Made by a program: the position numbers and the translations under genes. DNA of 44,811 nt from Pelomyxa schiedti (lineage: Eukaryota; Protista; Evosea), in NCBI GenBank assembly GCA_020536535.1, contig JAHLWZ010000104.1, positions 1 through 44,811 on the forward strand. Direction: 5' to 3'. The notes under the pieces are model-generated. The model saw nothing but the letters and a program-made list of their open reading frames with translations. It was not told where the DNA came from and made no database searches. Each line of letters opens with the position of its first letter. Position 1 is the first letter of the stretch. Shown one piece after another: positions 1-10,100 of the stretch.

Positions 1-76
1 TATGAATTTCTGTCTTTTTCCACACCCCAGCCCCAAACCACATGATGTAATTTAGGGCGGTCACCTATCATTTCCT

Positions 77-112
77 GTGTAAAATGACCGCCCCGGGGCG
101 GTCATTTTACAC
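77..112. repeat. Perfect 36-bp palindrome GTGTAAAATGACCGCCCC|GGGGCGGTCATTTTACAC
   Basis: 77-94 is the exact reverse complement of 95-112; an extra GGGCGGTCA copy lies at 55-63. Confidence 0.95.
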
Positions 113-499
113 TTTGTATCCTGCAGTCAAAAACTCCGTCGGTGCCCATGACAACACCCTCAGACCCATCGGTCATCAGTTCTCAGAAAAAAACTCCGAG
201 CGAAACCGTAGTGCCGGTTAGTGGCAATGAAGTCCGAAAACACACCCCCAAAGCACAGGCACAACACACGCAAAACCTCACTACGGCATTCAACTCTTGC
301 CGTTTCACCCATGTGTGTTACACCAGGCAACACAACAGCACCACCTCCTCCACGAATTTTAGCAGTGAATGAACATCCTCAACAGCTCCATGTTCCACAA
401 GTTGGTGGTGAGTCTGATCCCCTTGATGCAACAATCAATGAGTGTTCAAAGGACTCTGCTGTTCCCATTTCATCACAAGACAACATCACACCTATTGTG

Positions 500-846
500 G
501 TGTTCACTTTGCATTCATGCCTTTGGTGCTGATTCACATGCTTGGGGTGTCGCATTCTCGGAAAATGAAGGCGTTCACAAGGTATGTGGATGTTTTAGTC
601 TTCACTCCCTCCTTACTTCCGAACAAGGCACACAACCAACGTAGCGAACGTCTGCAGCACCCGAACATCCAACAAGGGGATGTTGTGTGGATCACAGCCA
701 GATACAATGAGAGTAGGACCCTGTCAGTGTCCTTTTGTGTGAACGAGGAGCCAGAACTGTGTTGCTGGAGTGACTCTGCAATGCAGAACCTCACCCTCTT
801 TCCATCACTCACCCTTGGTCCACCTGCCACATTCACCATTATTTAA
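500..846 (+). pseudogene. 5'-truncated paralog of the SPRY/B30.2-like gene at 38959-39862
   Basis: CSLCIHAFGADSHAWGVAFSENEGVHK | intron | AHNQR...QGDVVWITARYNESRTLSVSFCVN...LFPSLTLGPPATFTII* is nearly identical to 39519-39862. Homology stops at ~500, mid-exon, and upstream sequence is unrelated. Confidence 0.7.
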
Positions 847-910
847 CATAAACCAGGTACTGTAAATCTTTTGATTGTGACTCAGAAATACTTTTAAAAC
901 AAGTACAAAC

Positions 911-1749
911 TCAGCTCATATCCGGGGCCAGCTTATTGGATTCAACACCCCTTAAGCTCATGTCATTCTGCACTTCAATGCAGAGATTCCGGAGTTTGTC
1001 GAGGAGGTGAACCTCTGCTGTTTGGGTGTCCCAGCTGGAGCAGTCGCCATTGAAAGGCAAACATTTGTCGGACCTTTCTTTTCCTTCCTCTGCTTCTGGT
1101 AGTTCTGGATGTTCTGGTTCTTCCTGTTCTGGTTTTGTGGTGGCTTTTTGTTCTGTGGGAGACTTGAGTGTGAGTTCTTGTGGGGGGCCTGGCTCTCGAC
1201 GTTCTGGCTCCGGTTCTGGTTTTGGATTTGAGGCAGGGAGAAGAGAGGAAGGATGTGCTACAGATAAGATAGGGAGGAGGGTTGTGGTATCTCCTATTGT
1301 AGTAGATTTCTGTTCTGTGCGAGACTTGAGGGTGAGTTGAGGCAATGCCGAGAGGATTTCCTGAGTTCCTTGGAACGTGGGGAGAACAAAGTCCTGGTTT
1401 GGATTGATGACTGGGAGGTGAGGAGTTACTGTTTTTGCCAAAGAGAGTTCCCCCAGTGCCAACTTTGATGCTCCCAACAAGATTAACTCATCGTCCAACT
1501 CCAGAATCTTCTCAACTGCTTTGATTGCTTTCATTGTGGTTGTCTCTGGCAAATTCAGGCTGTCTGGCAAGAGGAAAAAGGGTTCATCGTAAGAACTGAG
1601 AAAGAAAAAAAAGGATGAACCTTTTAGTTGGAGCAGAGGTTGTGAAATGATTCCACACTTTGTTTCAACTTCCTCTTCCAGAATCTTTTGTCTCCTGGCG
1701 AGTGCTTGTTGAATCTTCTGTATTTCAGCGGAAATTGACGTCTTCAGTG
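911..1749 (-). CDS. TRIM/RBCC-like protein copy 1: coiled-coil end and Pro/Glu-rich tail; 5' part lost in the assembly gap
   Basis: KILELDDELILLGASKLALGELS...TPHLPVINPNQDFVLPTF is shared with the copies at 3520 and 39961. 1629-1749 is identical to 4560-4680. Confidence 0.75.
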
Positions 1750-1849
1750 NNNNNNNNNNNNNNNNNNNNNNNNNNNNNNNNNNNNNNNNNNNNNNNNNNN
1801 NNNNNNNNNNNNNNNNNNNNNNNNNNNNNNNNNNNNNNNNNNNNNNNNN
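1750..1849. other. Scaffold gap (100 N)
   Basis: N run. Confidence 1.
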
Positions 1850-1970
1850 GCCAAACGAAGCGGAACGGAGTAAAACGGAGTGAAGCCGGAGTAGAATAGA
1901 GTAAACAGCGTTGGTCTGCCGTATTCCGTCAGGTTGGCGTTGATTGTCAGTGTATACCGTCTCCTTCTGG
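1850..1970. repeat. 121-bp exact repeat of 5776-5896
   Basis: Direct comparison; both copies abut gaps. Confidence 0.95.
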
Positions 1971-3519
1971 ATGGTCGGGATGGAATGAAGCGAAATGGAG
2001 CGAAACAGGGAAAACCCCCGATGTTGTTTTCTTGCGGTCTGAATCAGGGTTCATCTTTGGTTCTTCTCAATCACAGGTCATGGTGATTGAACCATTCACT
2101 GGTTTCTGTCTGTTCGCACTTGAATTTCCACTGTGTGAGATTTTCACCACCAAAATCCTGCTACAGTCACATCCCTCAGTTTGTTTGTTTTTAATTTTAT
2201 TGCGCTTTATCACACCGGTCTTTTGTTGTTGTTTCTCAGTTTAGTTTTGTTTTTTTTTTTTTTCCCCAAACTGTTGAGGCAACACTTCAATCCAGTTCTT
2301 TTTGTTTTGCTTTGTTTTTTGTGTTTGTTTTATTTCGTTTTCGTTTAGCTTAGTCTTCTTTCTGTTTTTGTTTTTGTTCTTGTTCTCACAACAACACAGG
2401 TCGTTGAAGATTCCATGGCGAGGGGAAGGGGCACAGCGGTATGTTTCCATTTCTCTTCTCCGTTTTTCTTTTTCAACTTCTCACATTTGAAAACCAGGTG
2501 GTGTTTTAGATATCAGCAGAATGTGTGTGCGGCTCGGCTCCATTCCACCGGTATTCCTCTTCTTGAGTCCCCCCCAATATATAACTCACCTAAGGTCCTT
2601 TTACACATTCACTCTGTATGCACATGGGAGTGTTGGCATTGGGGCCCTCTGTGACTTTCAGCAGCTCAGCCACTTGTATAGTTTCTTATTTCTTCTTTTT
2701 CTCGTTTCACCTTGTACAGTTGGACAGCCTGTCACCATGGTAAATCCCCCTCCCTTTTCATCGTCACCCCAAACTTAAACATAATAGGTTACCCTTACTC
2801 AGGGGAATTGCGTGTGCAGCTCTGCTCCGCTTTTCCTCATCAGGTTTTCGCCTTTTCATTGTCCAATCCTCAGATTTTTTCTTTTCCCGCATTTGTGTAA
2901 CTCCTCTTTTTTTTCTTTTTCGATTTCTGCGGCATCCAAAGCAGACTTGAACTGCAGGTATTTCTGTTTTTCTTTTTCGATTGATTTTTCTCCAGGCTCG
3001 AGATATTATTTAGGTGGTAAGGCCGACCTGCCTACTCAATCTACTACCAAGGTACGTTCCCTTTTTATTATCACCCCACTCAACAACAACAGGACCCTGG
3101 ATGCCAGAAGGGCTGACGAACAGAGTGCAATGTCAGGCTTTTTACTTCCGCCTCCACCCACTTCACCTCGGCACTAACACCCCTTGCTCTCGCTCTCTCG
3201 TTCTCTCGCTCTCACTCCTCGCACCCCACCACTCCACTGGGCTCCTCCTACACTCCACGCTTCCACATTCCCAACCTCTCCATGTGGCCTGCTGAAGTTG
3301 GTTTTCGACTTCAGGCAAAAGAAAAAAAATGTTTCTGGGACCACTGTGGTGTCCACATTGGGAGCTCCCACATCGAGCCCGTTATGTTTTTACCTCCACT
3401 TTCTCCACTTGGGTTTCCATGTAGTACCAAAGTGTGTCGTTTTGTGCTGCTACACATTCTATTGGGTCCTTCCAAATTCTATGAATGTAACACAACCAAA
3501 GCACCTCACATTCATTCAT

Positions 3520-5518
3520 TTAGGAGTGACTTTGTTCGTTGGTGGGTGTGGAACCATTTGGAACATGCAGTGTAGCATTCATGTTGGTAGTAGGATCGAT
3601 GGCTGATTCTTGCTGCGGTGGTTCGTTCTCAGGTGCCGACTGTGATCCCTTGGTGGGATCGAATGCTAGGGGCTTCAACTGGAAGCCAGGCGTTGGTTTT
3701 CCTACAGATTGTGGAATTTCCCCTGTTAGGGAGCCTGCCTCAGGTTCTTGTTGTTGCCTTTCGTTTGATTTGCCAACATCATTGGTTACAATGTTGGAAG
3801 GGCTTACAGGCTTGGGGGAGTCCAATGTGGATACTCCTCCTGATTCAGGGGTTTGTGGGGAAATTGCAGTTTTGGCTTCGTTGTGCAGGAGTGTGGGATC
3901 TGTGTGGCCAGGCCACCAATGGCAGTTCTCATAATTTATGGGTACAAGCGAGCATTCGTAGGAGCTTTCTTTTCCTTGTTCTGCTTCTGGGTGTTGTTCA
4001 GGTTCCGCCTCTTCGTCTTCTTGCAGGGAGGACAGGTCTGGAAGTTCACTTGGTTCTGGTTCGCAGCTCTGGAAAACTAGTTTTTCTACTACTTCTTCCT
4101 GTTTTGGTTGTGTAGTAGGTGACTTGTGGGGGGATAGCTCTAGATGATCTAGTTTTTGTTTTTCTACTTCCTCTTGTTCTGGTTCTGGCTTGGAGGCAGA
4201 GAGGAGAGGGGAACGGTGCACTCCAGAGAAGACTGGAAGGAGGGTTGTAGTATCTCCTATGGGATATTTGAGTGTGAGTTGAAGTATTGCCGAGAGTGTT
4301 TCCTCAGTTCCTGGGAATGTGGGGAGAACAAAATCCTGGTTTGGGTTGATGACTGGGAGGTGAGGGGTGACTGTTTTTGCCGAGGAGAGTTCCCCCAGTG
4401 CCAATTTTGATGCCCCCAACAAGATGAGCTCATCATCCAACTCCAGAATCTTCCCAACTGCCTGGATCGTTTTTGTTGTGTTGTTCTCAAGCAAGTTCAG
4501 GTCTCTGAAAAAGAGCATTAGAACCTATTGTTAAGCAGTTGATTGGGGACCTTTTTGACTGGAGCAGAGGTTGTGAAATGATTCCACACTTTGTTTCAAC
4601 TTCCTCTTCCAGAATCTTTTGTCTCCTGGCGAGTGCTTGTTGAATCTTCTGTATTTCAGCGGAAATTGACGTCTTCAGTGCGGCTGAGGAAAAGTTCAAC
4701 CTTGAAAGGCACATATCAATATCCTCGGAGCACTTCCGAATTTGAACTTGTGAGTTCTTCACTTCCTCCAGCCCACTTTTCAGCAATGATTTCACGCGGG
4801 GCACAGCTGTGGACCTCAGGACAACGACTGAGGAGTGCTCCTTGTGATTTCCAAACTGTGAGCACCCATAACAACACAGTTCCTGCAAAAAAAGTTGGTG
4901 AGAAAAAAGAACAAATGGCTTTTGTGGACATACAGTGCAGTTTGGGCAGAAGAGCTCGAAGGTCTTGTTGTGAGCAGTGCAGCGAGGTTCTCTCACAGGA
5001 AAATGCCCTGAAAAAGGCACCCTGACGTGTCCCCGGAATATCTTGTGTGAGTGTATTGCAGTGTCACATGCGCTGCACAGGGCTGTTTCACAATCACTGC
5101 AGCTCACACATGCACTTTTGATCTCGCATTCGTCGCATGTCCTTGATTGTGAATAAAGTCAGTGAAAAGGAAAAAAAAAAAAGGGGGAGAGACTTCTCAC
5201 ACCTTGGCCCACGAAGTCTAGTGAGAATGTCCGCCTCTGCCACCACTTCGCCTTCATTGTATTGTTTAATGCACAACCTGCACTGCACCAAAACACCCAG
5301 AGTGTTGTCAATTGGCTCTGTGGGTGGATAAAAAAACAAAAAACCTCGGTGGCCCCATACGGGGACAAAAAAAAACAAAAAAACGGTGGTAACTGACTCA
5401 GCAAGATACCAAAAGAAATAGGAGTTGGTTGCCAGAAAAGATGATAGCGTGGAGCACAACACGCGGCGCTGTCGCTCAACCGATTTGGTTTCTTCTTATT
5501 TTTTTTGCGCCGGGACAT
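3520..5518 (-). CDS. TRIM-like protein copy 2: basic exon 1, vestigial RING, B-box1, B-box2, coiled coil, low-complexity tail (spliced)
   Basis: Predicted exon 1 MSRRKKNKKKPNR...ISF joins E-PIDNTLGVLVQCRLC. B-box1 is CDEC..CSDC...CSACDTAIH...H. B-box2 is CTAH...FCPNC|ELCCYGC...HKEH. GT-AG introns. An alternative in-frame ATG lies at 5566. Confidence 0.75.
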
Positions 5519-5649
5519 TGAGTTCGCCCAGGCGCGAGAAAGCCCGGGGCCGGGTACATGTAGCATTTTGATGATGGTTGACGTGAATGATCCCTGATCG
5601 GACGAAAGGGATCGGGATTCTCTTAATTACAGCTGTAACTAAGGCGATG

Positions 5650-5835
5650 CAGAGTGGAAAAGGGAGAGCAAAACTGAGCGGAACTGAGTAGAGCAGGGCG
5701 AAAACGAACCGGAGCGGAGTAAAGCGGAGCGAAGTAAAGCGGTGCGAAAACGAGTAAAGCGGAGTGGGATGGAGAGCCAAACGAAGCGGAACGGAGTAAA
5801 ACGGAGTGAAGCCGGAGTAGAATAGAGTAAACAGC
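5650..5835. repeat. Degenerate purine-rich ~5/10-nt periodic repeat (CGGAG/TAAAG/CGAAG)
   Basis: e.g. cggagcggagtaaagcggagcgaagtaaagcggtgcgaaaacgagtaaagcggagt. Confidence 0.6.
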
Positions 5836-5896
5836 GTTGGTCTGCCGTATTCCGTCAGGTTGGCGTTGATTGTCAGTGTATACCGTCTCCTTCTGG

Positions 5897-5996
5897 NNNN
5901 NNNNNNNNNNNNNNNNNNNNNNNNNNNNNNNNNNNNNNNNNNNNNNNNNNNNNNNNNNNNNNNNNNNNNNNNNNNNNNNNNNNNNNNNNNNNNNNN
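5897..5996. other. Scaffold gap (100 N)
   Basis: N run. Confidence 1.
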
Positions 5997-6157
5997 CCCT
6001 CATTCAATCATTCTTGCCCAACATAGTTTCATCACCACACATTGCAATGTTCATGATGCACAGGTTTGGAATCACCATCGACGAGATACGTGCACTTTAC
6101 ACTGACCCTGATTTGGTGCCAGAACAGATCAAGCTTTGGCTGCACAGCCTTTTGTGA
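5997..6157 (+). CDS. 3' end of a lineage-expanded (ankyrin-like) family gene, cut by the gap
   Basis: FLPNIVSSPHIAMFMMHRFGITIDEIRALY...KLWL* resembles the relic at 43948-44160 (SSPHLAVYTMNKFGITVDEIRGY...KLWL) and, more distantly, the C-terminus of 30282-32622. Confidence 0.6.
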
Positions 6158-6170
6158 TAAAACAGTAAAT

Positions 6171-6259
6171 GGCTGAATAAAAAAAACACCAGACCGCCGA
6201 GACTGAGCGACGATAACGAAAATGACGGCGTTCCGGTCTGTTGATTATTTTATTCAGCC
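6171..6259. mobile_element. 89-bp MITE, copy A
   Basis: 26-bp imperfect TIR (first 12 bp GGCTGAATAAAA perfect); AAAT TSD at 6167-6170 and 6260-6263; empty site GTAAATTTTCCC in the duplicate at ~6975-6986. Confidence 0.92.
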
Positions 6260-6422
6260 AAATTTTCCCTTCACACTTGTGGGTGTTTGCTGTAATCCGT
6301 TTTGAGGTTATCTGTTGGAGCTTCTCTAAGGTTGTTAAAATACATCACAGCAGTTCTAGACTCAGGCTACGTTCAAAAAAAAAATTTTTCTGGTCGCGGA
6401 AACACCCAACAAAAAGGCCCCG

Positions 6423-7022
6423 ATGCCGAGCAAACGCAAGAAGAAGCCGACGATGACCCCTCCTACGACGGAGATCCCCGCCACCACGGAGACCACAACG
6501 ACGCTCGCGACCACGGGCGATGCGCCGACGCGACCTGCGCCGAGCAGCACCGGCGCGGCCACACCCAAGGGCGCGGCCGCCGAAGCAAAAACAACACCAG
6601 CACCAACGGGGGCCCCCAGCAGCAGGGCCGCCGCCGCCACCACCACCGGCGGCAGCAGCAGCAGCGGCGCGGGCGCGAGTGCGAAACAGGCGGCGGCTCC
6701 CCCTAAGCCAGCGCCCCCCGCCGCCGACGCCACGGCCGCGGCCAGCACTCCGACGACGACGACTACAACGGGGGCGGCCACGGCCACGGGGCAGCAGCAA
6801 GCACAAGCACGAGCACCAGCCCCCGATACCATCCCCATCCCCATCCCCAGCACCAACATCAGCAACGGCAAGAGCAATAGAAACACCACGACGAGATACG
6901 TGCACTTTACACTGACCCTGATTTGGTGCCAGAACAGATCAAGCTCTGGCTGCACAGCCTTTTGTGATAAAAGAGTAAATTTTCCCTTCACACTTGTGGG
7001 TGTTTGCTGTAATCCGTTTTGA
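6423..7022 (+). pseudogene. Truncated chimeric duplicate of the eIF4G N-terminus (199-aa ORF)
   Basis: First ~157 codons are identical to the 7140 ORF; it then reads into the duplicated upstream sequence. Confidence 0.7.
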
Positions 7023-7139
7023 GGTTATCTGTTGGAGCTTCTCTAAGGTTGTTAAAATACATCACAGCAGTTCTAGACTCAGGCTACGTTCAAAAAAAAA
7101 ATTTTTCTGGTCGCGGAAACACCCAACAAAAAGGCCCCG

Positions 7140-10100
7140 ATGCCGAGCAAACGCAAGAAGAAGCCGACGATGACCCCTCCTACGACGGAGATCCCCGCCA
7201 CCACGGAGACCACAACGACGCTCGCGACCACGGGCGATGCGCCGACGCGACCTGCGCCGAGCAGCACCGGCGCGGCCACACCCAAGGGCGCGGCCGCCGA
7301 AGCAAAAACAACACCAGCACCAACGGGGGCCCCCAGCAGCAGGGCCGCCGCCGCCACCACCACCGGCGGCAGCAGCAGCAGCGGCGCGGGCGCGAGTGCG
7401 AAACAGGCGGCGGCTCCCCCTAAGCCAGCGCCCCCCGCCGCCGACGCCACGGCCGCGGCCAGCACTCCGACGACGACGACTACAACGGGGGCGGCCACGG
7501 CCACGGGGCAGCAGCAAGCACAAGCACGAGCACCAGCCCCCGATACCATCCCCATCCCCATCCCCAGCACCAACATCAGCAACGGCAAGAGCAATAGAAA
7601 CACCACGACGCAAGCAACAGCCTCTCAGGCTACTACTAATAATAATAATAGTGGCAGTGTCCCCGATTCAGCTACTGCAAGTAGTACGGAAACAACAGCA
7701 CCGGCAAAACCCCCCCGGAAGCCAAAGAAGAAGAAGGGCAAGAACCAACAACCAACTGACAAAGAAACTGCCCCATCATCGGAAATCCAACAGAGAACTC
7801 CACCTACAGCTACTACACCTACGGCACCTACACCTGAATCTTCAACCGGTCGGGAGGAAGTAACATCTACCGATGCGGAGGAAGTAAAAATTACACCCAA
7901 TAAAGAAGAGCCACAGGCAGAAAAAACTCGGCTGGATGACAATAAACACACCAGGGAATCTTCACCGCCCTCTATTCAGCCAACCACTCAGGCCTCACCA
8001 CCCCTCGCCCAACCAATTGCTGAAACCTCCCCACCAAGCCAGCAACCCCCAATTGCTGAGACGCAAGCCCCTCCATCACCATCTCAACGACAGAAACTCC
8101 AAATCCAAATCTACCGGTCAACAAGAACACCTGGAGAGTCAAGGCCGATTTCTGTCATACCGAGGAAACCCCTGGGCCTAATACCTGAGCCAGTCTCACC
8201 AGCACAAATGCATACCACACCTCAGGATACACCTCTGGCTGAAAAGGTGGATGACACTCCTGTCCATGTACCCCCACCAATTTATACTTACTTTGTTCCA
8301 TAATAATACCTGAAAAGCATGGTATGATTCCTTCAAGGTCTCAATCAGTTCCGGTAGAACCTATTCAACCAAAGGTGTTATCCAATTCCCGACTCACTGA
8401 AGTAAGTATTTCCTTAGGTTGCTGTTTCTCATCTTGAATAGGAACTGGCATCGATCATAGCTTCTTCCCCACCACGTGATGCGCCAATGCTACCACCTTC
8501 ACCGGGTAAGGGTAAACCCTATTTCAATACCATCTCTCATTACCTTCAGGAGCAACCGATGTGCAAAATTTGGCTACAGAGGTTTTTCCCCTTCACCAAT
8601 ATGGTTGACTGACTTCTTTCAGAGCGCAAATCCGGGCATTTTGGTCCCCTGTGCAACACGAAGAGTGTATTCCCGAGAATCTCTCCTTGAAGTAACACAC
8701 ATTGCGAAGATGATTCAATAACGCAACACTAGTTGAAGTCCAAACCTACTGAAAAAGATTATTCGTCTCTCTTCGCTTCTTTACTTCCTCAAATTGCTAC
8801 TCCTGCAGTCAAATTTGTTCCACCCCCCGCACCAGGATATGTAGACTCCTGGAGAAATCCTTGGAGACCAGCGGTTGTTACTTTTTTTAACTCCTACTTT
8901 CACCTGACCATAATTTCAGTTTAAAGTAAGACCATCCCTTCCAAAACCTTCATCATCTGCATGGAAGAGACCCACAAATCTTGACCAGACACAACAAATC
9001 CTAACATCGGTCAAAAGGTATGTTAACCATCTGCCTATCCTTTTTGGTAATGTAACCTAGAATATTAAATAAGATAACAGAGGTAAAAGTTTCTCCTGGT
9101 TTCCTTCTTGTAACATCCCCAGGACACGTACAATTTGTTTATAAACGATTTGTGCAGTCTGCAATATGATTCACCAGACCTTCTAACTGGTAGATAACCC
9201 CTACTCACGCACAGTACTTACATCTGATAGGCCTTGTCAGTGAAATTTTCTTCAAAGCTCAGAGAGACAAAAAGCGTACTGCAATGTATGCTCGTTTGTG
9301 TGTTGATTTAGCTCAAACGTTATCAACGAAACAGCAAAACCAACACACCACAGATTCCCCACAAATAGATGAATCCATGGTGAACTGCTAACCCTCTTTT
9401 TTCCTCCCCAACATGACTCATTTCCCCCTTAGGACTTCAGAAGGGTTTTATTAAACAGATGCCAGAGTGAATTTAAACTGTACCAAGAGAACAGAAGCTT
9501 TTCCGTTCCTCACACAACTGCCACCACAACCACCACAGACACAACCACCGCAGCAGCAACAACCACAACAAGTACCACAACGGCACCGTCACCGGCAACC
9601 TTAACACAAGACGAACAAGAAGCACGCCAAAAAGGCCGCGATTTATTTTTTGGTTACATGGCTTTTGTTGCTGAGTTGTACAATAACGCTCTGCTCAACG
9701 TCAGTGTTATATGCAGAATATGTTCCAGTTTACTGACGGAAGTCAATAATGTGAGCAAGTGCCATTTTTCCTAATTCTAAGATCACCATTTTAGATACAG
9801 ACTGTGAATAACGATTTCGAGGTTCTTGCATTTCTTCTCTCCAAAGTGTGAAGAACTACCACCTGAACTTATATTGTGAGTGCTCACTTTCAAAAGGTGG
9901 GGAAGAAGTTTGAGGCAATCAATTCGACAAAAGACCTCAACATCAGAAACTACATTTTTGAGCAGATAGAGGCAAACTGGAAAAACAATGCACATTTATC
10001 ACCCCGTGTCAAATTTAAACTACAGGTACATTTGTACTCTTTTGACAGGGTTAACAACAAATAAAGGACGTACTTGAAATGCGACAACGTAAATGGGAAC

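Larger units (their letters stand above)
6084..7610 (+). repeat. Tandem duplication: 6084-6893 (810 bp including MITE and TSD) and 6894-7610 (717 bp)
   Basis: Near-identical copies (2 substitutions seen); CGACG microhomology at 6079-6083, 6889-6893 and 7606-7610. Confidence 0.92.

Noticed and set aside
2032-3606. Short ORFs and intron-like motifs between TRIM copies 1 and 2
   Set aside because: T-rich low-complexity sequence with no recognisable protein; no coherent gene model could be built.
5322-5345. GGGTGGATAAAAAAAC resembling the MITE TIR at the TRIM homology breakpoint
   Set aside because: Better explained as the polypyrimidine tract and acceptor of intron 1 on the minus strand; no partner TIR or TSD.
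5568-5612. TGATGA...CTGA (C/D-box-like) and CTGATCGGACGAAA (hammerhead-like) in a small hairpin
   Set aside because: The boxes are only ~30 nt apart, and the hammerhead core CUGANGA and the three-stem layout are not met.
6302-7863. Many overlapping long ORFs on both strands (also at 32113-32722, 33026-33627 and 38257-39076)
   Set aside because: Shadow ORFs of GC-rich low-complexity first exons.
8301-8306. In-frame stops interrupting conserved genes, suggesting an alternative genetic code
   Set aside because: In the cases examined, the stops fall inside short GT-AG introns whose removal restores the frame.
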